Shown here: one piece after another, positions 1 to 8,850 of the stretch
Numbering within the stretch: the first letter of the stretch is position 1
How the letters are laid out: each line of letters starts with the position of its first letter
Source of the DNA: Archangiaceae bacterium
Lineage (GTDB): Bacteria > Myxococcota > Myxococcia > Myxococcales > Myxococcaceae
DNA: 38,630 nucleotides
NCBI GenBank assembly: GCA_043750125.1
Contig: JAYVCD010000363.1
Span: 1 to 38,630, forward strand
Reading direction: 5' to 3'
Made by a program: the position numbers and the translations under genes
The notes under the pieces: generated by a model
Databases searched by the model: none
Seen by the model: only the letters and a program-made list of their open reading frames with translations
What the model was told of the DNA's origin: nothing

Positions 1-95
1 ACGAAAGCCGTGTGCGGGAAATCCGCACGCACGGTTTGAATGGAGGTGGGGGAAACCGGATCGCGTGAGCGAAACCGGCGCCCCCATCCACCTAT
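1..95 (+). mobile_element. 3' end of a group II intron (domain V, domain VI, 3' splice site); the rest lies upstream of the window
   Basis: Positions 5-37 (AAGCCGTGTGCGGGAAATCCGCACGCACGGTTT) fold as a canonical domain V: AGC catalytic triad at 6-8, AC bulge at 27-28, GAAA-type loop. A domain VI-like stem follows (GGTGGGGG 45-52 with CCCCCATC 81-88), with a candidate bulged branch A at 90 and a terminal AY (AT at 94-95). The exact 3' end is inferred. Confidence 0.9.
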
Positions 96-2094
96 GCGAA
101 AACCAACGGTCGTCGTCGCGCTCTTTGTCATCGGCTGCACTCAACCGACTGCCGTCGTCGAAAATCGCGCTCCCAAGGCGACCGTCGGAGCGGATCAAGC
201 GGTCTTCGGCGGCAACGCGGTGACCCTCAACGGCAGCCTCTCTTCAGACCCGGACGCAGACGCGCTCACCTTCGCCTGGAAGCAGACCGGTGGCGACGCG
301 GTATCGCTGTCGGATGCCGCCACCAACCAGGGGCACTTCACCGCTCCGGTCGTCACCGCTGCGACGACCCTCGTCTTCCAGCTCACCGTCTCGGACGGAA
401 AGCTCACCAACACCGTGTCCACCAGCGTCACCGTCAACGTGGTGGATCCGAACAACCACGCGCCGCTGGTGGTCATCACCGCGCCCACCACCGTCCAATC
501 GGGAGCGATGGTTCAGCTCGACGGCTCGGGCTCGACCGACCCCGACGGCGACTCGATGACCTACGTCTGGACCCAGAGCACAGGTCCTGCCGTCACCTTG
601 ACCAATGCGGATCAAGTCAAAGCGATCTTCGTCGCGCCCAACGTCACCGCCGACACGCTGTTCGCCTTCAAGCTGGTCGTCAGCGATGGGAAGGGCGGCC
701 AGGCCTTCGCCGAAACTTCGATCACCGTCCAGCCGATGACCGGCAACCGGCCTCCGGTCGCCAGCGCCGGCAGCAACCAGAACGTCTCGGGCTCGGCCCT
801 GGTCAAGCTGCTCGGCTCAGGCACCGACCCCGATGGAGACGCGATCGCCAGCTACAAGTGGACCCAGACCGCCGGAGCCGCCGTGGCCCTCTCGAGCAGC
901 ACCATCGCCGCCCCGACCTTCACCGCTTCGAACCCGGCTGCTCCCGTGACGCTCACCTTCTCGTTGATCGTCACCGACGCGAAGGGGCTGCCCTCGCTGC
1001 CTGCCGTCGTGAACGTGGTCGTCAGCAACGTCGCCGTTCCGACCGTCGTCATCACCAAGGTCGTCTCGCTGCACGCCGTCACCCGCACCAGCATCGTGGT
1101 GTTCTTTCTGACCGACGTAGCGGTGAAGGCCACGGTCGACTTCGGCAAGGCGTCCGCGAACGAGAGCAGCTTCACCGAGGCCACCGCGGCCACCCGTCAC
1201 GTCATCACCTTGCCCGCGCTGACCGCCGACACCAGGTACGTCTACTCGGTGCGCGCCGGCACCGCCTCGGCCAGCGGAAGCTTCACCACCGCGCTCGACT
1301 ATGCGGCGAGCCCCAAGCCGTTCACCTTTGCCGTCGTCGGCGACGCCCGCGCTCACACCATGTGGAAGACCGTCGCCACCGCAGTGCTGGCCAAGAATCC
1401 CCGGTTCATCGTTCAGACCGGCGACAACAATGACGCGGCGGGTTCGGCGGCCAACTGGGCCGAGTACTACTCCGTCGCCAAGGACATGTTCGCCAACATT
1501 CCGGTCTTCGCCGCGCAGGGGAACCACGACACCGGCAGCAACTACAGCGTCTACAACGTCGGCCCGCAGTCTTCGTCGAACTCCGATCTCTATTACGCGT
1601 TCGTTTACGGCAACGCGTCGTTCGTCGCGATCGACACCAACTCTTCGAGCGCCGCGATGACCGGGTGGATTTCCAATGCGCTGCCCAAGCTGACCGGCGG
1701 CCCGCTGTTCTCGTTTCATCATCACCCGCTCTACTCGTGCGGCAGCCACGGCAGCTCGACGACGCTCCAGGGCACCTACCAGGGAATGTTCGAGACCAAC
1801 CACGTGACGACCGACTTCACCGGCCATGACCATGACTTGATCGTGTGGAACGCAATCAACGGCGTTCGCTACGTCGTCTCGGGGGGCGGCGGCACCGGCC
1901 TGTATCCACTCAGCGGCTGCGTCGGCCCCTACGCGCAGTCGAAGTACGGGTTCATGATCGTCAACGTCGACGGGCAGAACATCACCCAGACGCTCTATGA
2001 CCAGAACGGCGTCCAGCTCTACTCCACCGGAGCCTTCCAGGCCTTCGGCGCCGCCCCCAACTTTGCCGGGCTGGGAAACCTCGTCACCTATTAG
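94..2094 (+). CDS. Lipoprotein with three PKD/REJ-like Ig domains, an FN3-like domain and a purple acid phosphatase-type metallophosphoesterase domain
   Basis: Lipoprotein signal MRKPTVVVALFVIG-C. Three N(R/H)(A/P)P...DPDxD...W.Q..G repeats. Metallophosphoesterase motifs GDAR, GDNND, GNHD, HHHP, GHDH. Start placed at ATG 94 because the ATG at 40 lies inside the intron. Confidence 0.85.
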   Translation: MRKPTVVVALFVIGCTQPTAVVENRAPKATVGADQAVFGGNAVTLNGSLSSDPDADALTFAWKQTGGDAVSLSDAATNQGHFTAPVVTAATTLVFQLTVSDGKLTNTVSTSVTVNVVDPNNHAPLVVITAPTTVQSGAMVQLDGSGSTDPDGDSMTYVWTQSTGPAVTLTNADQVKAIFVAPNVTADTLFAFKLVVSDGKGGQAFAETSITVQPMTGNRPPVASAGSNQNVSGSALVKLLGSGTDPDGDAIASYKWTQTAGAAVALSSSTIAAPTFTASNPAAPVTLTFSLIVTDAKGLPSLPAVVNVVVSNVAVPTVVITKVVSLHAVTRTSIVVFFLTDVAVKATVDFGKASANESSFTEATAATRHVITLPALTADTRYVYSVRAGTASASGSFTTALDYAASPKPFTFAVVGDARAHTMWKTVATAVLAKNPRFIVQTGDNNDAAGSAANWAEYYSVAKDMFANIPVFAAQGNHDTGSNYSVYNVGPQSSSNSDLYYAFVYGNASFVAIDTNSSSAAMTGWISNALPKLTGGPLFSFHHHPLYSCGSHGSSTTLQGTYQGMFETNHVTTDFTGHDHDLIVWNAINGVRYVVSGGGGTGLYPLSGCVGPYAQSKYGFMIVNVDGQNITQTLYDQNGVQLYSTGAFQAFGAAPNFAGLGNLVTY

Positions 2095-2106
2095 GTTTGC
2101 GGTGGT

Positions 2107-2862
2107 TTGACTGGCTCGCCCCCATTTCCGGTCGGACTCTCGCCGCTGGGGGCGAACCTTCAGGCAATGGGGTTGCTGGCCGTCTTCTACGGCTACCTCT
2201 ACGGAAACGCCTGGCTGGTCGGGGTCGACGCCAAACTGGGCAACCCGGTGCTCTCGGTCTTCGTCACCGGCGCCTTGATGCTCCTGGTGGTCAGCCTGTT
2301 GATTCACCGCGACACCGACTGGCGCGCCTCGCTGGGAATGCACCCCCGACCCCTGCGGGACACCCTCGCCTTTGGCGGCCTCGGGCTGCTGCTGGCGTAC
2401 GGTGCAAACCTGTTGTCCGTGCTGGTCTTCGCCGCGGTGCGCGGAAGCATGGTCCAGCAGGCGGCCGACAAAGCAAAGTGGGCTTCGAAGTTGGGCGAGC
2501 TGCCCCTGGCCTGGATTCTTCCGCTCGCCCTCTTCGTCGGGCTCTGGGAAGAGCTCGTCTTTCGCGGGTTCCTCCTCGGCCGGCTGCGGGTCGCCTTCGG
2601 CGCGGTCGACGGCAGCCCCCGAAGCCGCACCGTGTGGGCGATTGTCGTGACCGGAATCCTCTTCGGCGCAGGGCACGGGTACCAGGGAATGCTCGGGCTG
2701 ATTCAGACCTCTGCGGTCGGAATGGTGCTGGGGGCGCTCACCGTCTGGCGAAAGAGCCTCTGGCCCGCGGTCATCGCCCACCTCACCATCGACACCATCG
2801 GGTTATTCGCGCTCAAAGTGCTCAAGCCGCTGCTCGAAGAGCTCGCGAAGAAGGCGCACTGA
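2107..2862 (+). CDS. CPBP (Abi/CAAX protease-like) intramembrane glutamic endopeptidase
   Basis: Multiple TM helices; motifs WEELVFRG, FGAGH, AHLTID. Start uncertain (TTG 2107 or ATG 2167). Confidence 0.85.
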   Translation: MTGSPPFPVGLSPLGANLQAMGLLAVFYGYLYGNAWLVGVDAKLGNPVLSVFVTGALMLLVVSLLIHRDTDWRASLGMHPRPLRDTLAFGGLGLLLAYGANLLSVLVFAAVRGSMVQQAADKAKWASKLGELPLAWILPLALFVGLWEELVFRGFLLGRLRVAFGAVDGSPRSRTVWAIVVTGILFGAGHGYQGMLGLIQTSAVGMVLGALTVWRKSLWPAVIAHLTIDTIGLFALKVLKPLLEELAKKAH

Positions 2863-2882
2863 AGCTGCGGCCCGCTTCAGAC

Positions 2883-3590
2883 TCAAGACTCCCGCACCGC
2901 CCGCGCCAACGTCAGCACCTGCACCTCGAGCGCCCCCGCGTCGAGCAGAGCCCGCGCGGCCTCATTGGCCGTCGCACCGGTGGTGAGCACGTCGTCGACC
3001 AACAGCAGCCGCGCTCCCTTCACCTTCGCCGACGCCTGGAAAGCACCCGCGACATTTGCTTCCCGCTCTTCGTCCGACTGGTCCACCTGCCGCGAAGTGG
3101 CTCTCACCCGGGTCAACGCCTCGTCGTGCAGCGTCCGCTTTCCCAGTCGGGCCACTTCGACCGCCAACAGCGCCGTCTGGTCGTAGCCCCTCTCGCGGTA
3201 CCGCGCCGAGTGCAGTGGAATCGGCACCACCAGGTCGGGCGCCTTCTTCAGGAAAACGGTCGAGCCCAGAACGAGCATCGAGCCCAGCGGCCGGGCGAGC
3301 TCTGGGTGTCCCTCGTACTTGAAGCGATGAATCGCGCGCGCCACCGCGCCCGAATGCTCGAGCGGGGAAAACGCAAAGCTGAACTTTGGCCGCGACTGGG
3401 TGCACCGCCTGCAGAGACCTTCAGGGTGGACCCCCGGCTCGTTGCAGCACACGCACCCCGGGTGGGGAATCGCTTCCACTTCCTCCCCGCAGTCCCCGCA
3501 GAAGAACCCGCCCGGGACCGACAGCAGCACGTCGCACCCGACACACCGCTCAGGAAACAGCGCGTCGAGGACGTCGTCCCACAACGTCAC
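2883..3590 (-). CDS. comF: ComF family protein (Zn-ribbon + phosphoribosyltransferase domain)
   Basis: LFPERCVGC...CGDC...CVCC...CRRC, RGYDQ and PRPP-binding LLVDDVLTTGAT. GTG start overlaps the gpmI stop (GTGA, 3587-3590). Confidence 0.9.
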   Translation of the reverse strand: MTLWDDVLDALFPERCVGCDVLLSVPGGFFCGDCGEEVEAIPHPGCVCCNEPGVHPEGLCRRCTQSRPKFSFAFSPLEHSGAVARAIHRFKYEGHPELARPLGSMLVLGSTVFLKKAPDLVVPIPLHSARYRERGYDQTALLAVEVARLGKRTLHDEALTRVRATSRQVDQSDEEREANVAGAFQASAKVKGARLLLVDDVLTTGATANEAARALLDAGALEVQVLTLARAVRES

Positions 3591-5125
3591 AGCAAACCCG
3601 CCCGGTTCATCTCGGGAGGCTGGGTCAGGCCCATCACCTTGCACAGCGTCGGACCGATGTCGGCCAGCACGCCCGGCTTGAGCTTCAGGCCCTTGAAGTC
3701 GTCACCGCACAGCAGAAACGGAACCGGATTGAGGGTGTGCGCGGTGTGTGGCGCCCCGGTCACCGGGTCCACCATCAGCTCGATGTTTCCGTGGTCCGCC
3801 GTCACCACCATCGTCCACCCCACCTGCTGACAGGCGCGCCACAGCTGGCCGACGCAGTCATCGACCACGCGCACGGCCTTCAGCGCCGCTGACATCACTC
3901 CGGTGTGGCCCACCATGTCGGGGTTGGCGATGTTCACCAGGACGAAGTCGTGGGTGTCGGCGGAGATCTTCGAGCACAGGGTGTCGATCAACTCCTTCGC
4001 GCTCATCTCGGGCTTCAAGTCGTACGTCTTCACATCGCGCGGGCTGGCCACCAGGTGGCGCTCTTCCCCCGGAAACACCAGCTCGCGCCCCCCGTTGAAG
4101 AAGAAGGTCACGTGGGCGTACTTCTCGGTCTCGGCCGTGCGCAGCTGCCGCCAGCCTGCTTCCGAAATCAGCTGCGGAAAAATGTGGGTCGGCTGCTCAG
4201 GCTCGAAGGCGACCGGCAGACTGAACGTCTCGTCGTACTGGGTCATGCAGACGTAAGAGCCGAGCTTCAGCCTTCCCCGCTCGAACTCTTTGAAGTCGGG
4301 AAATGCCAACGCGCGGGTCATCTCGCGGGCCCGGTCTGCCCGGAAATTGAAGAACATCACCCCGTCGCCCTCTGAAATCGGGCCGACCGGCTCGCCCGCG
4401 GCGTTGGCCACCACCGTCGGTTCGACGAACTCGTCGGTCACCTTCGCGTCGTAGTTGGCCTGCACCGCCGCCAACGCGCTGGGGGCCTTCGGGCCGAGGC
4501 TGCGCACCAGGGCGTTGAACGACTTCTCCACCCGGTCCCAACGCTTGTCGCGGTCCATCGCGTAGAACCGGCCGTGCACCGTGGCGACCTTCCCCACGCC
4601 CTCTTGCCTCATCCGTTCTTCGAGCGCCTCGAGGTAGCCCTTCGCCGACTGGGGCGCAGTGTCGCGCCCATCGAGGAAAGCGTGCACGAACACCTGTCTC
4701 ACCCCGACCCTCTTCGCCGCTTGCAGCAGCGAGTACAGGTGCTCCATCGACGAATGCACCCCGCCGTCGGACACCAGCCCAAGCAGGTGGAAGGCCTTCC
4801 CGTCCCGCTTGCATTGCTCGAGCACGGCGCGAATGCCGGCAATGGCGTGCAGCCCCTCGTTCTCACACGCGCGATTGATTCGAACGAGGTCCTGGTAGAC
4901 CACCCGCCCGGCTCCCATGTTGGTGTGGCCGACTTCCGAGTTCCCCATCTGTCCGTCGGGCAGCCCGACCGCCAGCCCCGACGTCTGCAGTTGGGTCCCC
5001 GGGTAGGCCGAGCTCAGCGCGTCCATCTGCGGAGTCCCCGCCAGCGCAATCGCGTTCGCCTCGCGTTCCTTGCGCAGCCCCCAGCCGTCCAGCACCACCA
5101 ACAGCACTTTGTGTTTCGGTTTCAT
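3587..5125 (-). CDS. gpmI: 2,3-bisphosphoglycerate-independent phosphoglycerate mutase
   Basis: LDGWG, GQMGNSEVGH, SDGGVHS, GRFYAMDRD, ETEKYAHVTFFFNGG, NPDMVGHTG, TADHGN. Start MKPKHK at 5125. Confidence 0.97.
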   Translation of the reverse strand: MKPKHKVLLVVLDGWGLRKEREANAIALAGTPQMDALSSAYPGTQLQTSGLAVGLPDGQMGNSEVGHTNMGAGRVVYQDLVRINRACENEGLHAIAGIRAVLEQCKRDGKAFHLLGLVSDGGVHSSMEHLYSLLQAAKRVGVRQVFVHAFLDGRDTAPQSAKGYLEALEERMRQEGVGKVATVHGRFYAMDRDKRWDRVEKSFNALVRSLGPKAPSALAAVQANYDAKVTDEFVEPTVVANAAGEPVGPISEGDGVMFFNFRADRAREMTRALAFPDFKEFERGRLKLGSYVCMTQYDETFSLPVAFEPEQPTHIFPQLISEAGWRQLRTAETEKYAHVTFFFNGGRELVFPGEERHLVASPRDVKTYDLKPEMSAKELIDTLCSKISADTHDFVLVNIANPDMVGHTGVMSAALKAVRVVDDCVGQLWRACQQVGWTMVVTADHGNIELMVDPVTGAPHTAHTLNPVPFLLCGDDFKGLKLKPGVLADIGPTLCKVMGLTQPPEMNRAGLL

Positions 5126-5631
5126 GGCTCGACGAGCTCCACCTTGTTGAGGACTTTCCCGAAGTCGTACTTCGCCGCAATCTTCACAATCCGCTCGAGG
5201 TCGGCGGCCGCTTCGACCCAACCCCACAGCTCCACGTGACCGTTGCGCACGCAGGCGGTCGCCGACTTCCAGCTCTTGAGCTCACTTTGTAATTTCTCAC
5301 GAACCTTCTTTAGCTCTGGCCTGAGCTCCGCGCCTTCCGCACACGCCAGCATGTGAATCCGCGTTCCGTCTTTGAGCCACACCATCGAAGTCCGCACGCC
5401 TTCGCAGCTGGCGGTGATGATCAACGTCTGCGTCTCTTCGACATCCAGCGATTCTTCCAGACACAGCCCCGAAGACGCGGTCAGCCGCTCGACTTCGGGA
5501 ACCTTGAACTGCTTGCGCTCTTGATGCGCCAGCGTCACCGCCCGAAAGCGGATCCCCTTGAGCACCTCAGGAGCCCCCCACGCCCCCGTCGACGCCAGCA
5601 GCCACAGAGCCGCCGGCCACCGCCTCGTCAC
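5122..5631 (-). CDS. Secreted protein resembling a pilus-secretin N-terminal domain followed by a BON-like domain, without a secretin barrel
   Basis: Signal peptide (V)TRRWPAALWLLASTGAWG-A, a beta-rich segment (AVTLAHQERKQFKV...TLIITASCEGVRTSMVWLKDG) and a BON-like tail (VELWGWVEAAADLERIVKIAAKY..KVLNKVEL). 4-nt overlaps with both neighbours. Domain call by eye. Confidence 0.55.
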   Translation of the reverse strand: MTRRWPAALWLLASTGAWGAPEVLKGIRFRAVTLAHQERKQFKVPEVERLTASSGLCLEESLDVEETQTLIITASCEGVRTSMVWLKDGTRIHMLACAEGAELRPELKKVREKLQSELKSWKSATACVRNGHVELWGWVEAAADLERIVKIAAKYDFGKVLNKVELVEP

Positions 5632-8333
5632 GGCGGGACGCACGACCCCATGTTGCAGACGAGGTTGCTCGCGCAGACGGTGCCGCAGGTGCCGCAGTTG
5701 TTCCGGTCGAACTGAACGTTCAGACACTGGGTCCCGCACTTCGTCAGCCCCACGTTGCAGGTGCAGACGCCCTGGGCGCAGCCCTGGCTGGCCGGGGTTC
5801 CGGGGCACACGTTGCCGCAGGTGCCGCAGTTGTTCCGCTCGTTCATCAGGTCCCGGCACTGGCCGTTGCACTTGGTGAAGCCCACGCTGCACTGGCAGGC
5901 GCCCGCCACACAGAATTGGTTGAAGGCGCAGCTGATGTTGCACGCGCCACAGTTGTTGCGGTCGGCCTGCAGGTCCCGACACTGCCCCTGGCAGTACCCG
6001 CGGCCCGCGGTGCAGTAGCAGATTCCTCCCACGCATTGCTCCTGGGTGCTGCAGCTGTGGGTGCACGCCCCGCAGTGGCCGTAGTCGCTCTGGAGGTCGA
6101 AGCAGGTTCCGCTGCACGAGCTCTGGTTTCCCGGGCACATCGTCTGGCACGCCCCGCCGGTGCAGACCTGGCCTGCGCCACAGGCGATGTTACAGCCACC
6201 GCAATTCTTCGGGTCCGACGCGGTGGTCACACAGGTGTTGCCGCACTTGGTGAATCCCTGCGCCGCGTTGCACTGACACATTCCGTTGAAGCAGTTGTTC
6301 GTTCCGAAGCCGCCGTCGGTGCCGTTGCACGAGTTGCCGCAGCTGCCGCAGTTGTTCACGTCGAACGCGGTCACAACGCAGCTGCCGTTGCAGTTGGTCT
6401 GGAACGGCTGGCACATCGTCACGCAGTTGTTGAAGTTGCAGACCTGGCCTGCGGTGCAGACCCGGCCGCAGAGCCCACAGTTGTTCGGGTCTCCCTGCAA
6501 TCGAACGCACTGGCCGTTGCACTTGGTGAAGCCCGGCTGGCACTGGCACGAGCCGCTGATGCAGGTGCCGCTGCTGCACGCGCTGGCGCACGCTCCGCAG
6601 TTTTGCGAGTCGGCATTGAGGTTCACGCACAGGCCGTTGCAGCGGGTGAAGCCCATCGGACACGCCATCTGGCAGGCCCCTGCTGCGCACGTCAGCCCTG
6701 CGCCGCAGGCGTTCGAGCACACCCCGCAATTGGCCGGGTCGACCTGGGTGTCCACGCACACCCCGTTGCAGCTCGTCTTGCCCGGCCCGCACTGGCACGC
6801 CCCGGCGACGCAGCTCTTGCCTCCGCTGCAGGTGACGCCACAGGCTCCACAGTTGGCGTTGTCGATCGCAATGTCGACGCAGGTGATTCCGCAGGCCTTC
6901 TTCCCGGGGTTGCACACGCAGGCCCCGACGATGCACATCGCATCGGTGGGACAGACCGTGTTGCAGTTGCCACAGTTTTTGGGATCGCTGCTGAGGGTGA
7001 CGCACACCCCGTTGCACAGCTGGGTGTTCGGCGCGCAGGTGCATACCCCGTTCGAACAGCCCGACCCCGCGCCGCACTTCAGGCCGCAGGCTCCGCAATT
7101 GTTTGCGTCTGTCCGGGCATCGACGCACGTGACCCCGCACAACGTCTGTCCCAGCGGGCAACCGCAGACCCCGTTGGTGCACGACTCACCGGCAGAACAC
7201 TTCTTGCCGCAGGAGCCACAGTTGTTCACGTCCGACGGGACGCAGCCGCCCGTGCATTGCAGCGTTCCCACCGGGCACACGCAGCTCGACGCAACGCAGC
7301 TCTGGCCGGGCAGGCACGTCTTGGGGCACGCGCCGCAGTGGGAAGGATCTGCGCTCAAATCGACGCACGCCCCGCCGCAGTTGGTTCGGCCCGGCTGACA
7401 AACCAGACCGCAGCTGCCCGCGCTGCAGACTTCGGTCGCGCTGCACTGCTTGTTGCAGATCCCGCAGTTCTTCGGGTCGCTTTGCAGGTTGGTGCACAGG
7501 CCGTTGCAGGACGCCGACGGCGGAGGACACAGGCAGGTTCCGTTGAAGCACGGCTGCCCGGGGCCACACTTGTTGTTGCACGCCCCGCAGTGCTGAGGGT
7601 CCAGCCGGGTGTCGACGCAGACCCCGTTGCACGACGTCTGATTCGGGCCGCACTGGTTGATGCACTTGCCCGCCAGGCACGAGTCGCCCACGGCACACGA
7701 AAGACCACACCCTCCGCAATTGAGGCGATCCGTTCCGATGTCTACACACGCGTTGCCACATTTGATCAGCATCCCGCTGCACGCGCCCACGCACTTGCGG
7801 GCCTGGCACAGCTGGCCGACCGCGCATTGGGTTCCGCACGCCCCGCAGTTGGAAACGTCACTGTCGATGTTGGTGCAGGTTCCGTTGGCGCAGCGCTGAA
7901 GCGGTTCGCTGCAGGCACACGCTCCACCGCTGCAGCTCTCGAGGCTCGAGCAGACCTGGGCGCACTTCCCGCAGTTGCCGTGGTCCTTGGCCAGGTCGAC
8001 GCAGGCCCCGTTGCAGTTCGACAACCCGCTCGCGCACGTTGTGGCGCACAGGCCGCTGCTGCAGACCTTGTTCGCATCGCACGCCCGGCCGCAGCCCCCG
8101 CAGTTCTTCGGATCACTGTTGAGCTTCACGCAGCTGTTGCCGCAGCGGAGCTCTCCGGTCGGGCAGGTCGTCGGCCCCAGGTCGGGAATGCAGCGCTTGT
8201 TCGGGCCGCAGACGAAGCCTTCAGGGCAGGGGAGGTCTCCCGGGCTGCCGCAGAGCAAAATCTCGGTTCGCGAGCAGGCAGTCGAGCACAGAAGCGCACC
8301 GGCGCTGAGGATCAGAAGAGCTCGAAATTTCAT
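5628..8333 (-). CDS. 901-aa Cys-rich repeat lipoprotein (Stig1-like / myxobacterial Cys-rich repeat)
   Basis: Signal peptide ending in Cys (LLCSTAC); 20 counted copies of a ~42-aa unit with core D/Exx(N/H)CGxCxxxC. Confidence 0.9.
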   Translation of the reverse strand: MKFRALLILSAGALLCSTACSRTEILLCGSPGDLPCPEGFVCGPNKRCIPDLGPTTCPTGELRCGNSCVKLNSDPKNCGGCGRACDANKVCSSGLCATTCASGLSNCNGACVDLAKDHGNCGKCAQVCSSLESCSGGACACSEPLQRCANGTCTNIDSDVSNCGACGTQCAVGQLCQARKCVGACSGMLIKCGNACVDIGTDRLNCGGCGLSCAVGDSCLAGKCINQCGPNQTSCNGVCVDTRLDPQHCGACNNKCGPGQPCFNGTCLCPPPSASCNGLCTNLQSDPKNCGICNKQCSATEVCSAGSCGLVCQPGRTNCGGACVDLSADPSHCGACPKTCLPGQSCVASSCVCPVGTLQCTGGCVPSDVNNCGSCGKKCSAGESCTNGVCGCPLGQTLCGVTCVDARTDANNCGACGLKCGAGSGCSNGVCTCAPNTQLCNGVCVTLSSDPKNCGNCNTVCPTDAMCIVGACVCNPGKKACGITCVDIAIDNANCGACGVTCSGGKSCVAGACQCGPGKTSCNGVCVDTQVDPANCGVCSNACGAGLTCAAGACQMACPMGFTRCNGLCVNLNADSQNCGACASACSSGTCISGSCQCQPGFTKCNGQCVRLQGDPNNCGLCGRVCTAGQVCNFNNCVTMCQPFQTNCNGSCVVTAFDVNNCGSCGNSCNGTDGGFGTNNCFNGMCQCNAAQGFTKCGNTCVTTASDPKNCGGCNIACGAGQVCTGGACQTMCPGNQSSCSGTCFDLQSDYGHCGACTHSCSTQEQCVGGICYCTAGRGYCQGQCRDLQADRNNCGACNISCAFNQFCVAGACQCSVGFTKCNGQCRDLMNERNNCGTCGNVCPGTPASQGCAQGVCTCNVGLTKCGTQCLNVQFDRNNCGTCGTVCASNLVCNMGSCVPP

Positions 8334-8391
8334 AGGAGATTGGGGACGAGCGTGATGCCGGCCGTTTCGGTCGGCGAGTGTACCGCAAGCT

Positions 8392-8850
8392 TCAAGCCCG
8401 GTGGTACGCCTCTCCCTTGAGCAGGGTCAAGACCCGGTACAGCTGTTCGACCAGCACCAGCCGCGCGAGGCGGTGGGGCAGGGTGAAACGCGACAGCGAC
8501 AACACCAGCGCCGCCTTCGACCGGACCTCTTCGGACAGCCCTTCATCGCCGCCGATCACGAACGCCAGGTCCTTGCCCCCCTGCTGCTGCTTGCCCACCC
8601 AGCTGGCCAGCTCGGTCGTCGACAGCTGCTTGCCCCGCTCGTCCAGGGCCACCAACACGTCGCGGGGTGACAACTTCGCCAGCAGCGCCTGGCCTTCTTC
8701 CGTCCGCGCCGGGTCTCCCTTCGCGCGAGACTCGGCCAGCTCTTTGAGCTCGGTCTTCGCGTAGTGCTGCAGCCGCTGGGTGTACTCGGCGACTCCGGGA
8801 ACGAACAGGCCCGAGCGGTCTTTTCCCACCGATAGAACGGTGAGCTTCAG
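8392..8850 (-). CDS. rlmH: 23S rRNA (pseudouridine1915-N3)-methyltransferase
   Basis: KLTVLSVGK, LDERGK, FVIGGDEG, SLSRFTLPHRLARLVLVEQLYR, AYHR; follows rsfS. Start is either CTG 8850 (overlapping the rsfS stop) or GTG 8880. Confidence 0.93.
   Translation of the reverse strand: MKLTVLSVGKDRSGLFVPGVAEYTQRLQHYAKTELKELAESRAKGDPARTEEGQALLAKLSPRDVLVALDERGKQLSTTELASWVGKQQQGGKDLAFVIGGDEGLSEEVRSKAALVLSLSRFTLPHRLARLVLVEQLYRVLTLLKGEAYHRA

Noticed and set aside
40-93. ORF-track start MEVGETGSRERNRRPHPP for the phosphatase gene
   Set aside because: It lies within intron domain VI; the signal peptide begins at ATG 94.
5628-8333. Periodic DNA repeats as a CRISPR array or DGR template/variable repeat
   Set aside because: The repeats are degenerate, in frame and explained by protein modules. 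There are no identical repeats with unique spacers, no adenine-specific mismatch pair was noticed, and no cas or reverse transcriptase gene is in the window.
5916-8420. Long antisense or alternate-frame ORFs (e.g. 5916-8420 +, 817-2781 -, 2097-3830 +, 9100-10740 +, 27759-29681 -, 32849-34750 -)
   Set aside because: Shadow ORFs expected from high-GC codon bias. They overlap well-supported genes and have no recognisable motifs.
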